A stretch of 64,000 nt of DNA from an uncultured Bacilli bacterium (GCA_934102355.1 CAKOSO010000001.1:299678-363677), one strand, 5' to 3'; numbered from the stretch's first letter, positions 9,470-18,997 are shown. Notes: generated by a model from the sequence alone, not told the origin. A program made the numbers and translations.

Positions 9470-10618
9470 TCATTCACTAGGTAAAGAAGTCTCAACCTCC
9501 AAAGAAATATCTTCATAAACTTTCATAAAAACTTCCACATACATTTTACCATCTTTATCATAAGTTTTCAAAGTTTTTTGCTCTAATATTTTTTCTCTAT
9601 CACAAAGATCTTTATTTATTTTATTAAAAGCCTCATCTTCAAGTTCTTTTTTTAATGTTTCCTTATCGTATGAAACATTATTTTTTATTAAGATATTTTC
9701 AACTCTTCTCTTAAGTCTTAATAAACCGCCACTATATATAACACCATTTTTCTTACATTTTTTACTTTTAAATCTTAAAGCATTGAATTCATAACCTAAA
9801 ACATTAAAATCATAATTAACATAACAAATATCACTGCTTTTATTACTTACATATTTATAAGGTTTACTAAGTACAAGCCTATACCATACCTCGCCAAAAA
9901 CTAAACCACTAGAATTTCTAGAACCAACAATATTATCATTTCTTCTTATAATACCGCTTAATATAACATCACCTTTAGAAACATAATCATCTTTAAATTT
10001 AACAAGTTGTCCACTGGTAGAATAAATATCTCTTATAATAGCATTTTTACTAGCTACTATATTAGTAATTACATTTTTATTAGGAACAGATATATTATTT
10101 TTTCTTTCGATAACAGATACATTTAAAAATACACCATTATGTTTTATTTCAATCCATTCAATTAATGAAGGATTATTACTTTTAATAATATCAGCTAATC
10201 TTTCATAATAATTAAAATCTTTAGAAACAGAAAATAAAGAAACATTATTACTATTTAAATCCTTATAAACAGCATCATAAACATCTTTATTTTTAGTGTC
10301 AATATTTATAAACAAAATAATTCTCGATAAAAAAACAATAATAAAAATAGATAAAATAAAAAAACATAAAAACATACGATATTTCATAATTAAAGCCTTA
10401 ATTCGTCTTTTACCATGAGTACCAACTATTTTAATATTATATATACCTTTTACTTCTTTTATTTTTTTTATATCTTCATACTTTATATAAATTAAAACTT
10501 CATCTTTAAAATATTCTATTTTTAATATATCAATATTTAACTTTAAAATCTTATTAATAAATCTATTAATATTTTTACCACTACAAGAAACAATATAATA
10601 ATTGATCAATCTTATCAC
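9470..10618 (-). CDS. yqfD: sporulation protein YqfD
   Basis: About 380 aa with a central TM segment. It directly follows yqfC, overlapping by 4 nt as in Bacillus. Confidence 0.85.
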   Translation of the reverse strand: MIRLINYYIVSCSGKNINRFINKILKLNIDILKIEYFKDEVLIYIKYEDIKKIKEVKGIYNIKIVGTHGKRRIKALIMKYRMFLCFFILSIFIIVFLSRIILFINIDTKNKDVYDAVYKDLNSNNVSLFSVSKDFNYYERLADIIKSNNPSLIEWIEIKHNGVFLNVSVIERKNNISVPNKNVITNIVASKNAIIRDIYSTSGQLVKFKDDYVSKGDVILSGIIRRNDNIVGSRNSSGLVFGEVWYRLVLSKPYKYVSNKSSDICYVNYDFNVLGYEFNALRFKSKKCKKNGVIYSGGLLRLKRRVENILIKNNVSYDKETLKKELEDEAFNKINKDLCDREKILEQKTLKTYDKDGKMYVEVFMKVYEDISLEVETSLPSE

Positions 10619-10848
10619 CTAAATTCTAAACTACTAATATCTCCTGAAATAAGTAACTCAGTATCCAAAAGTTTATTTATAACTAAATTATTACCATTAA
10701 CATAAATAAACCTATCAAAGTTCTTTAAAACAATTTTATCCGAGGAAAAATCAACAATTTCACTATAGTTAATAATATCCACCTTATCATCATACATATT
10801 TATTCTAAATTTATCATCTTTTATAAAATTTCTTATATTAGTTAGCAT
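10615..10848 (-). CDS. yqfC: sporulation protein YqfC (YabP family)
   Basis: 77 aa with the YabP-like pattern ..VNGNNLVINKL..ELLISGDISSLEF. Syntenic with yqfD. Confidence 0.8.
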   Translation of the reverse strand: MLTNIRNFIKDDKFRINMYDDKVDIINYSEIVDFSSDKIVLKNFDRFIYVNGNNLVINKLLDTELLISGDISSLEFR

Positions 10849-10869
10849 AATCCACCTAATAAATTGTAT

Positions 10870-10896
10870 TAAAAAAAGAGTAAAAATTTACTCTTA
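10870..10896 (-). terminator. intrinsic terminator after yqeY-like gene
   Basis: Minus-strand AAGAGTA-loop-TACTCTT followed by a T-run. Overlaps the stop codon. Confidence 0.6.
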
Positions 10897-11337
10897 ATTA
10901 AGTTTTTCTCTAATTAAAGAATTAAGAACTGACATATCACATCTATTCTTAACTTTTGGAGTTATCTCTTTCATTACTTTACCTAGATCTTTTATAGATT
11001 CTGGTTTAACAATCTCAAACACCTCATCAATTATTTTATTTAATTCATCATTTGATAACTGACTAGGCATATATTTTTTTAATATATTTATTTCTTCTTG
11101 ATAAGATGAAACTAAATCTTCACGACCAGCTTTCTTAAATTCACTAATTGAATCATTACGCATTTTAATTTGTTTATTAATAACATTAAGTAAAACTTCA
11201 TCATTTTCTTCACATTTGTTATTAATAACTTCCATCTGTAAAGCACCTTTAACTGACCTTAAAGTATTTAAAGTAACCTTATCCTTATCCTTCATTGCTT
11301 GAACTAAATCTCTCTTTAATTTTAAAACTAAATCCAT
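10894..11337 (-). CDS. GatB/YqeY domain protein
   Basis: 147 aa, MDLVLKLKRDLVQAMKDKD..TLRSVKGAL, typical of the YqeY family. It lies downstream of rpsU as in B. subtilis. Confidence 0.85.
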   Translation of the reverse strand: MDLVLKLKRDLVQAMKDKDKVTLNTLRSVKGALQMEVINNKCEENDEVLLNVINKQIKMRNDSISEFKKAGREDLVSSYQEEINILKKYMPSQLSNDELNKIIDEVFEIVKPESIKDLGKVMKEITPKVKNRCDMSVLNSLIREKLN

Positions 11338-11354
11338 ATTTTCCTCCTAAAATA

Positions 11355-11381
11355 AGAAAAAGGTGTATCTAAACACCCCTC
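11355..11381 (-). terminator. intrinsic terminator of rpsU
   Basis: Minus-strand GGGTGT-TTAGAT-ACACCT followed by TTTTT, directly after the stop. Confidence 0.65.
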
Positions 11382-11576
11382 TTAGTTATATCTATCTTTT
11401 CTATTTTTCTTTTTTGAATTAATTATATTTTGTTTCTTTTCTTCCCTTTTTACAATTCCGGGTTTAGAGTAAAATTTTCTTTTCTTTACTTCTGAAGGGA
11501 TTCCATCTCTAGAACATTTTTGCTTAAAACGTTTTAAAGCTCCATCTAAATTTCCTTTAACTGCAACCTGTGTCAT
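11382..11576 (-). CDS. rpsU: 30S ribosomal protein S21
   Basis: MTQVAVKGN..LKRFKQKCSRDGI. ATG 11576 is preceded by a GGAGGG RBS. The track start 11606 is an upstream extension. Confidence 0.9.
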   Translation of the reverse strand: MTQVAVKGNLDGALKRFKQKCSRDGIPSEVKKRKFYSKPGIVKREEKKQNIINSKKKNRKDRYN

Positions 11577-11654
11577 ATTATCCCTCCTTCCCGTTTTTTC
11601 TACCAACGATTATAACAAAAAATATTTTAAAAAACAACTTTTTTTACAAAATTT

Positions 11655-11688
11655 TAGCAAAAAAAGTCATCATTTAGATGACTTTTGC
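11655..11688 (-). terminator. intrinsic terminator overlapping stop of membrane-protein gene
   Basis: Minus-strand AAAAGTCATC-TAAAT-GATGACTTTT followed by TTT. Confidence 0.6.
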
Positions 11689-12719
11689 CTTTTTTCATAT
11701 ATTTCAGCTACTTTTTTAACAACATCTTCACTATTTCCAACTAAAGCTTTAGTAGCGTTTTTTTGAAGAATCTTATATATTTCATTACATACCTTATTTT
11801 GTCTACCAAAAGTTTTAAAATTATAAATACATCCATTTAAGTCTCTATCATATATAACAATACTTGTACCAACTGTAACGAAATAACGTTTTATTTTTTC
11901 TTTATAAAACCAGAAAATATTTTTGTAATCAATAATAGTTAATCCATAACAAGTACTAATTAAATAGTCTTTAGTAAGATATATACCTTTTCTCTTATAA
12001 GACTTAGTTGATTTATCAGTTAATTCCTTTGATATTAAATCAATATCTTCTTGAGATAAAATCTCTAATACTTTTTCAGTTATAATTTTAGCTCTTAAAA
12101 ATACCAAAAAGAATGAAATTGAAACAAGTAAGAACAATAAAGCAAGTCCATAAAACATCAACATACTAACATGAGTAACCTTAGCATCATCATAATTTGA
12201 AACAGTATCAAGTAACATAGTTCCAAAATACTTTTCAAAATTATCTTCATTTAAAAGATCTTCTTCAATTGATTTATTATATACACTTATAGCAAGTTCT
12301 TTTATCTTATCAGGTATTTTATGCGTTGAACCAGTAAGAATATATCCCTCATCTTTTAAGTTTTCTATATTACTAATTTTTGTATATGTATCTTGATCAA
12401 GATATACAATATACGTAAACTTATTATTATCCATTACAAAATAAAGCTTATTAGTAACTTCTTCATCAATACTCTTAGCAAAAGCATATGGAATAATATT
12501 AACATTAATATTTGCTTTATATCCCTCTTTTTTTACACTGTATAAATATGGAATAACATCTTTCTTAGTATAAATATTCCCATATACTATAGATCCAATA
12601 GCTAAAAATAAAAATAATACTGAAAACAACAAATCATAAATTTTACCAGTTTTAGCTCTTTTCAAAACAGTAGAATTAATAACCTTTTTACTTTTATTAA
12701 TATCTTTATTCTTTTTCAT
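11670..12719 (-). CDS. hypothetical two-TM membrane protein
   Basis: N-terminal TM segment, an extracytoplasmic region of about 150 aa, a second TM segment, and a cytoplasmic domain of about 140 aa. No family recognised. ATG 12719 follows an AGAGGTG RBS. Confidence 0.6.
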   Translation of the reverse strand: MKKNKDINKSKKVINSTVLKRAKTGKIYDLLFSVLFLFLAIGSIVYGNIYTKKDVIPYLYSVKKEGYKANINVNIIPYAFAKSIDEEVTNKLYFVMDNNKFTYIVYLDQDTYTKISNIENLKDEGYILTGSTHKIPDKIKELAISVYNKSIEEDLLNEDNFEKYFGTMLLDTVSNYDDAKVTHVSMLMFYGLALLFLLVSISFFLVFLRAKIITEKVLEILSQEDIDLISKELTDKSTKSYKRKGIYLTKDYLISTCYGLTIIDYKNIFWFYKEKIKRYFVTVGTSIVIYDRDLNGCIYNFKTFGRQNKVCNEIYKILQKNATKALVGNSEDVVKKVAEIYEKRQKSSK

Positions 12720-12778
12720 AAACACCTCTATTTACAAGAACATTATACATAATAAAAAAATATTATTCAAGTTATTAA

Positions 12779-12807
12779 TTGCAAGCTAAAGCCTAAGATG
12801 ATAAAAT
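12779..12807 (+). promoter_or_regulatory. candidate sigma-A promoter of ppaC operon
   Basis: TTGCAA, 17 nt spacer, TAAAAT, with a TG extended -10 (TGATAAAAT). Confidence 0.45.
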
Positions 12808-12831
12808 AAAATACATAAAGGATGTGTAAAC

Positions 12832-14439
12832 ATGAATAAAATTTTAATATTTGGTCACAAAAACCCTGATACAGACACAGTATGTGCTGCAATAACATTA
12901 TCTAACCTAAAAAATGAATTAGGATATAAAACAGAACCAAGGGTTCTAGGTGCTATAAACGAAGAAACAGCATATGTATTAAAAAGGTTTGGAATTAAAA
13001 CACCTAGATATTTAAATGATGTAAAATTACAAATAAAAGATGTAAACTATCGTAAAAAATACTATGTAAATAATAAAAAATCAATTCTAGATGCTTTTAA
13101 CTTCATGAGTGAAAATGATATCAGTACTATTCCAGTAGTAGATGATAAAAAGAAATTCTCTAAATCACTTGCAATGAAGGATATAGCTAGAAATCAAATA
13201 TCAAATGATTCAAAAAAGATTAAAGCTTCATATGAAAATATATTAAAATCTATAAATGGAACAGAAATATTAAAATTTGATGATGAAATAAATGGAAACC
13301 TAATAACTGCAACATTTAATACTAAAGATTTAACAAGTGAAGATATTTTAATCGTAGAAAGTAACTATCAAGCATTAGAAAATGCTTTAAAATCAAAAGT
13401 AAAACTAATCATAATTGCAGAAAATAGTGAAATAAAAAATAAGTATTTAAAAATCGCTGAAAAAAATAAAATAAATATTATAAAAACACCATTAGATAGC
13501 TTTAATACATCAATTAAAATAGTATTTAGTAACTATATAAAAGATCTAGAATATACAAAAGATTTACTATGTATTGACGAAAATGATTATGTAAATGATG
13601 TTTTGGCTTTAACTAAACAAACAAAGTTCAGTTACTATCCAATCGTAAACAAAGAAGACATTTGTCTTGGACTTTTAAAAGTTGCTGACTTAAATGATAA
13701 ACATCCTAAAAAAGTTATATTAGTAGATCATAATGAATATCAACAAAGTGTTGACGGAATTGAAGAAGCTGAAATATTAGAAATAATCGATCACCACAAA
13801 ATTGGATCGCTTGGGACAAAAATGCCAATCAATTTCAGAACAATGCCTGTCGGGTCAACAAATACAATTATTTATTACATGTATAAAGAAAACAATATTA
13901 AAATAACAAAAGAAATGGCATCACTAATGCTATCAGGAATTATTTCTGATACATTAATGTTAAACTCACCTACTACAACAGAATTAGATAAAATCGCAAC
14001 TAAAGAACTAGAAAAAATATCAAAATTAAATCATCAAAAATATGGAATAGAAATGCTTAAAGCAGGAACTAATATAGAAAATAAAACACAAGAACAAGTA
14101 TTATATTCTGATTTTAAAATATATGAAGAAAATAATAAAAAAATAGGTATTGGGATCTGCCAAGCATTTACAGAAGAAATAAACATAATCCTAAATAAAA
14201 AAGATGAATATATAGAAATGCTTGATGAAATAGCAAAGCATGAAAAATATGACATAATAACACTATTTATAACAGATATACTTGGTAATGGATCATATAT
14301 ATTATATAATAATGATAGTAAAAAAATATTAAGTAGATGTTTCAAAAAAGATCTATCACAAGGAATGTTTATAGATAAATTTGTATCAAGAAAAAAACAA
14401 ATAGTACCTACAATTATAAATGTAATTGATAATAAATAA
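12832..14439 (+). CDS. ppaC: CBS-domain-containing family II (Mn-dependent) inorganic pyrophosphatase
   Basis: DHH motifs HKNPDTDT, VDHNE and IIDHHK. An inserted regulatory region of about 250 aa is present. The DHHA2 C-terminus carries SRKKQ. Confidence 0.9.
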   Translation: MNKILIFGHKNPDTDTVCAAITLSNLKNELGYKTEPRVLGAINEETAYVLKRFGIKTPRYLNDVKLQIKDVNYRKKYYVNNKKSILDAFNFMSENDISTIPVVDDKKKFSKSLAMKDIARNQISNDSKKIKASYENILKSINGTEILKFDDEINGNLITATFNTKDLTSEDILIVESNYQALENALKSKVKLIIIAENSEIKNKYLKIAEKNKINIIKTPLDSFNTSIKIVFSNYIKDLEYTKDLLCIDENDYVNDVLALTKQTKFSYYPIVNKEDICLGLLKVADLNDKHPKKVILVDHNEYQQSVDGIEEAEILEIIDHHKIGSLGTKMPINFRTMPVGSTNTIIYYMYKENNIKITKEMASLMLSGIISDTLMLNSPTTTELDKIATKELEKISKLNHQKYGIEMLKAGTNIENKTQEQVLYSDFKIYEENNKKIGIGICQAFTEEINIILNKKDEYIEMLDEIAKHEKYDIITLFITDILGNGSYILYNNDSKKILSRCFKKDLSQGMFIDKFVSRKKQIVPTIINVIDNK

Positions 14440-14458
14440 TAAACGTTCAGGGGGCATA

Positions 14459-15538
14459 ATGAAAATATTTATAAGCGCAAACTTAAGTTGTTCCTTAAAT
14501 TATGAACAAAACTTAATAAAAGAAAAGTTAAAAGAGAAGCATGAACTAACAAATAATCCAAATGATGCAGACATAATAGTGATTGCAAGTAGTTGTGCTA
14601 CAACAAAAAAGCATATTAATCAGACACTCAACTATATAAAATACTTAAAAAGAATGAAAAAACCATCAACAAAAATATTTTTAACTGGATGTATAACACG
14701 GGAACATATAAATGATCCATATTTAAATAAAGTAACAAATTATCTAAAAGAAAATGTAGATTACATAATACCAAAAGATAACCCTTATACCCTAACAAGT
14801 TTAATTGAAGGAGAAAAAGAAGAAAAAAATCCAGTCGGATTTAAAGAAGATGGAATACAAATAAGAAACATATACATAACAAATGGATGTTTAAATAAAT
14901 GCTCATTCTGTAAAACTACTTTTCAAAACTATCCATTAATAAGTGCTGACTTAGAAACAGTAAAAAAATATATAAAAGAATCTCCAAGTAGTAGAATAAA
15001 TTTAATCGGAACAAATCTATGTCAATATGGATATGATAAAGAAGGTCATTTCTTATTACCAAAACTACTTGAATTTATAAAAGAACAAGATCGAATAGAA
15101 AAAGTTTACTTAACAGGTTTCTCATTTAAAGATGCTATAAATCTTGGTTTTAACCATCCAATAAAAAATAATAAAAAAATAGTACATATTTGTGGTTCAT
15201 TAGAATCAGGAAGCGATAGATTACTAGAACTAATGAAAAAAGGTTTTACAAAAGAAGAATTCTTAAAATTTACACAAGATATAAAAGAAAAATATCCAAA
15301 AGATTTAGATCTTAATATAATCTCAGGATTTCCAACTGAAAATACACAAGACATAAAAGAAACCATTGATGCTTTAAAAATAGTAAACCCAACAAATGTA
15401 AATATCTGTAAATATATAAATTCACCATTTGTTGGATCAAACGATTACAAACAACTAACTAAATATGAAATAAATAAACATACAAAAACTTATCAAAGAG
15501 CTTTAACAAAAGAAGGAATAAGAAACAAAATAGTATAA
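14459..15538 (+). CDS. radical SAM methylthiotransferase-like protein (MiaB/RimO/MtaB family) lacking TRAM domain
   Basis: Three N-terminal Cys (LSCSLN, SSCATT, TGCITRE). Radical SAM motif CLNKCSFC. Also has SLESGSDRLLELMKKG and ISGFPTEN motifs. The protein ends about 70-80 aa short of full-length MTTases. ATG 14459 follows a GGGGG RBS, 19 nt after the ppaC stop. Confidence 0.8.
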   Translation: MKIFISANLSCSLNYEQNLIKEKLKEKHELTNNPNDADIIVIASSCATTKKHINQTLNYIKYLKRMKKPSTKIFLTGCITREHINDPYLNKVTNYLKENVDYIIPKDNPYTLTSLIEGEKEEKNPVGFKEDGIQIRNIYITNGCLNKCSFCKTTFQNYPLISADLETVKKYIKESPSSRINLIGTNLCQYGYDKEGHFLLPKLLEFIKEQDRIEKVYLTGFSFKDAINLGFNHPIKNNKKIVHICGSLESGSDRLLELMKKGFTKEEFLKFTQDIKEKYPKDLDLNIISGFPTENTQDIKETIDALKIVNPTNVNICKYINSPFVGSNDYKQLTKYEINKHTKTYQRALTKEGIRNKIV

Positions 15539-15546
15539 AAATAAAA

Positions 15547-15588
15547 AAAGAAATGAATAAGAATAAAAGTTTAATTCATTTCTTTTTT
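15547..15588. terminator. possible bidirectional terminator
   Basis: AAAGAAATGAAT / ATTCATTTCTTT, a 12-bp stem with a long 15-nt loop, followed by a T-run. Confidence 0.45.
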
Positions 15589-17811
15589 ATTTAAAAATTC
15601 ATTATATAAAATACAAATAATTACTGGTAAAGCAAATGCACATGGTAACACATATCTAAAATATGTATTAGCAGGTCCAGCCATACATACCAAAATAAAT
15701 GTAAATGATGGTAATAATAAAATAATATATTTTTTCATTTTATTAACTATTAAGAATCCAAGTAATAAAATATGAATCCATACAACAATACCTATATTAG
15801 CAATAGAACCAACAATAGGGATATAAGGGAAAATATTAGCATAACCCTTCAAAATAGTTCTTAAAAATCCCATAGCACCAATAAAATGATAATCAAATCC
15901 GGCTTCAATTAGCTTTGCATTTAAATTAGTATAAACATACCATCCACTTGTATTAGGATAAAAATATCCATAAATATTATTTATAGTAGCATCGACATAA
16001 ACACCAGGATATTTAAATAAATATTTAAACCATACTTTAAAATAATCATTAAGATCAGAAGATGTAGCATATTTATTATATTTATTCTTAACAGGATCAG
16101 ATAAATTAGGTTTATACCTTTCACCTAAAGTATCATACTCCAATACCTTATCAATAATTACTTTATCATTTTTATCTATTTCCTCATCATAATATTTAAC
16201 CAATCTTGCAGTTTGTTGAAAAGGAACAGAAAGAGCTTCTCTTACACTCGTATTAGATATTTCATAGTGAGGCAATAAAATTTTATTATATAAACCATAT
16301 AAAGAAATATTTAAAACCAAAACCAAAGCAAGAACAAACCTACCCTTTTTCTTAAATAAACATACAAAAGGAAGAGTTAAAATAATCGTATAAATTCCGT
16401 TATTTCTAAATAATATAATAAGTAATATTAATAAACCAAATAAAATATAATCTTTTATATTCCAATCATTTTTAATATAATCATAAACTCTAATAACATA
16501 TAAAAGTATCAAAGCAGAAAAAATAACATCTTTAACAGCAGTCATTGCATAAAGCGGGAATAATGGTACTAATGAATATATCAAAAGAACAACAACAATT
16601 ATCTTTTTATTTACGTTAATCTTATTTAAATAATAAATAGAATAAGAAAAGACACTAATAACTATAAGTAACTGGATAATAGAATATAAAAACATTCCAA
16701 AATTAACATTACCAAGCAGATAACCAACTTTAAATAAACCACCTATTAAAAAAGTATGAATAATTGGATTAAAATTAGTTAATGTAACAGATGGATTAAT
16801 AAGAACCACACTATCCATATATCTAGTATGAATACCCATAACCTCTTTTACTTGATTAGCAGCATCATAATTAATAATAACTGGATAATAAGCAATTATA
16901 TATGGCAAATAACATATCAATATGAAAATAAAACTAAATATAAATGGATGTTTTAAAAACATATCAAACAATTTTGGCAACTTACCATCTTTAACCTTCT
17001 TTAATTTAACAAAATCATCAAATAAATGAATTGAAGTATTAAATAGTACATAATAACCAATAAATTTAACAATTGAAAAAATAATTAAATATGAATTTCC
17101 AAGAACTAATGATGAATTATGAACAACATCATAACTATATCCAAACACCATTAATAAACTAAAAATAACACTTATAATACAATAAGTAATCTTTTTAGGA
17201 AACTTAAACAAATATTTATTATAATAAACAAACAATAAAGCAGATAAAACTATATAAGTAATCATCATTGTATTATTATAAGAAAACTTAAATTTTAAAG
17301 ATTTAATTTGAAATAATAAACTAAAAGTAGTAATAAGAGCAAATATAAAAGCAAATAATTTTTTATGTTTACTAAAATTAGTTTTACTATTATTATCATT
17401 AAATATAAATTTCTTTTGAACAAAATAATTAACCATAAATAGTACTATTTCAACTGGAATTTTTATTACTGTTTCATATATATGAACAGATTTATAAATA
17501 GATGTAACAACAGTAGCGGATACAAGCATTTGAATAATCACTAATAAATAATATTTAGTCAATGTCTTTACATCCATCTTATTTTCATTATTCTTAAATA
17601 CTTTATTTCTATTAATAAAATAATTAACTAAAGAAGATATAACCCTTGCCATTATTGTAGCAATAAATATGGATTTATCACCAATTCCCTTTTTTAATAA
17701 GAAAGAAAACAAAGAAAACAATATTAAATCTAAAGCAAAAGAAATAAAAGCAGAAACAATATATTTTAAAAATACTTTATACTTATTAAATAAATTAACT
17801 AACATTTTCAT
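15571..17811 (-). CDS. GtrA-like domain fused to large polytopic membrane protein (putative extracytoplasmic glycosyltransferase)
   Basis: The N-terminal 150 aa or so form 4 TM helices with the GtrA pattern (FALDLILF.., VNYFINRNKVF, VNYFVQKKFIF). They are followed by about 600 aa with many TM helices and one soluble loop. ATG 17811 lies 1 nt after the DUF2304 stop. Confidence 0.65.
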   Translation of the reverse strand: MKMLVNLFNKYKVFLKYIVSAFISFALDLILFSLFSFLLKKGIGDKSIFIATIMARVISSLVNYFINRNKVFKNNENKMDVKTLTKYYLLVIIQMLVSATVVTSIYKSVHIYETVIKIPVEIVLFMVNYFVQKKFIFNDNNSKTNFSKHKKLFAFIFALITTFSLLFQIKSLKFKFSYNNTMMITYIVLSALLFVYYNKYLFKFPKKITYCIISVIFSLLMVFGYSYDVVHNSSLVLGNSYLIIFSIVKFIGYYVLFNTSIHLFDDFVKLKKVKDGKLPKLFDMFLKHPFIFSFIFILICYLPYIIAYYPVIINYDAANQVKEVMGIHTRYMDSVVLINPSVTLTNFNPIIHTFLIGGLFKVGYLLGNVNFGMFLYSIIQLLIVISVFSYSIYYLNKINVNKKIIVVVLLIYSLVPLFPLYAMTAVKDVIFSALILLYVIRVYDYIKNDWNIKDYILFGLLILLIILFRNNGIYTIILTLPFVCLFKKKGRFVLALVLVLNISLYGLYNKILLPHYEISNTSVREALSVPFQQTARLVKYYDEEIDKNDKVIIDKVLEYDTLGERYKPNLSDPVKNKYNKYATSSDLNDYFKVWFKYLFKYPGVYVDATINNIYGYFYPNTSGWYVYTNLNAKLIEAGFDYHFIGAMGFLRTILKGYANIFPYIPIVGSIANIGIVVWIHILLLGFLIVNKMKKYIILLLPSFTFILVCMAGPANTYFRYVLPCAFALPVIICILYNEFLNKKEMN

Positions 17812-17812
17812 A

Positions 17813-18163
17813 TTACCTATTTTCCTTTTCACATTTTAATATAGCAACTTCTTGACATAAAGATGTAATTTTAGATTTTTGATCAGAAATAATCTTTGTT
17901 AAAACAAAAGTTATAAATAATAAAAGTCCAAATCCTATAAAAAAGATAAAATTTGAAACTGTAACAATTCCAATTGCATTACAAATAATCTTTAAAAATC
18001 CTGGTATTAGTACAGCAATAATCATAGAAATACTAAACAACAACCAAATAAGTGCATACTTAATAGTAAGTTTTCTTTTTACAATATTACACCAAACATA
18101 AACAACAAAAATCAAAGCTATTATAATCAAAAATATAACTAATTTTGTAGGCATATTAATCAT
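17813..18163 (-). CDS. DUF2304-like small membrane protein
   Basis: Pattern KRKLTIKYALIWLL...PG....I....G......F..G.....F....SDQ..KI..L.QE.A.L matches my memory of DUF2304, a usual GT2 neighbour. Start may be 18154. Confidence 0.7.
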   Translation of the reverse strand: MINMPTKLVIFLIIIALIFVVYVWCNIVKRKLTIKYALIWLLFSISMIIAVLIPGFLKIICNAIGIVTVSNFIFFIGFGLLLFITFVLTKIISDQKSKITSLCQEVAILKCEKENR

Positions 18164-18869
18164 TTCCTTTCTTTGTAGAAACAGCTGAAATTATTATTGA
18201 TAAACAAACCTTTATCATATAATAAATTGATTTTATAAAATTGATACTACTCTTTCCATGTTCACGTTTATTCATTTGAACTGGTATTTCTGACACTTTA
18301 TATCCTTTTTTTATTACAGTAACAATAGTATCAGGCTCTGGATAATCAGTAGGATAATTCTTTGCAAAAAGTTCAATAATCTTTTTGTCAGTTGCCCTAA
18401 AACCACTTGTTGGATCATAAATTTTTTTACCAGTAACAAGTTTTATCAACCATGATAATAAATTAATTCCTACCCTTCTCATTTTAGTAGATCTAAAACT
18501 ACTTAACTCTTGAACAAATCTAGAACCAATTACTATATTATTATCACATTTTAATTCATTGATTAAAGCTTCTATATATGAAGCGTCATGTTGACCATCA
18601 CCATCAAATTGAATAGCAAAATCATAATTATTATAATATGCATATTTATAACCAGTTTGAACTGCTCCACCAATACCAAGATTAAAAGGTAAATCTATAA
18701 ATTTAAGTTTATTATCTATTAACACTTGTTTTGTAAAATCTTTAGATCCATCATTAATAACAATATAGTCAAGCGTAACACCTTTTACTTTTGTGCTTTT
18801 AACACTATTAACAGTTTTTAAAATATTTTTTTCTTCATTATAAGCAGGAATAATAACTAAACACTTCAT
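18156..18869 (-). CDS. family 2 glycosyltransferase, polyprenyl-phosphate sugar synthase type (GtrB/CsbB-like)
   Basis: IIPAYNEE, NDGSKD and DGDGQHD (DxD) motifs. ATG 18869 follows a GGAAGAAG RBS. The track start is 18902. Confidence 0.85.
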   Translation of the reverse strand: MKCLVIIPAYNEEKNILKTVNSVKSTKVKGVTLDYIVINDGSKDFTKQVLIDNKLKFIDLPFNLGIGGAVQTGYKYAYYNNYDFAIQFDGDGQHDASYIEALINELKCDNNIVIGSRFVQELSSFRSTKMRRVGINLLSWLIKLVTGKKIYDPTSGFRATDKKIIELFAKNYPTDYPEPDTIVTVIKKGYKVSEIPVQMNKREHGKSSINFIKSIYYMIKVCLSIIISAVSTKKGND

Positions 18870-18968
18870 AAAATTCACTTCTTCCAAAAAATATTCTAAC
18901 ATATTGAAAGTAAAAAAGCACTAATTTAATAAATTTATAAATTAATTACAAAAAATATAACTTATCTA

Positions 18969-18997
18969 TTGCATCAAGAACAAATGTTCGATATATT
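18969..18997 (+). promoter_or_regulatory. candidate sigma-A promoter of Bro-N/DinD-like gene
   Basis: TTGCAT (18969-74), 17 nt spacer, TATATT (18992-97). Confidence 0.5.
18977..18990. promoter_or_regulatory. LexA (Cheo/SOS) box candidate
   Basis: AGAACAAATGTTCG matches the Gram-positive consensus CGAACRNRYGTTCG at 13 of 14 positions. It has a perfect GAAC-N4-GTTC palindrome. It lies in the -35/-10 spacer. Confidence 0.6.
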
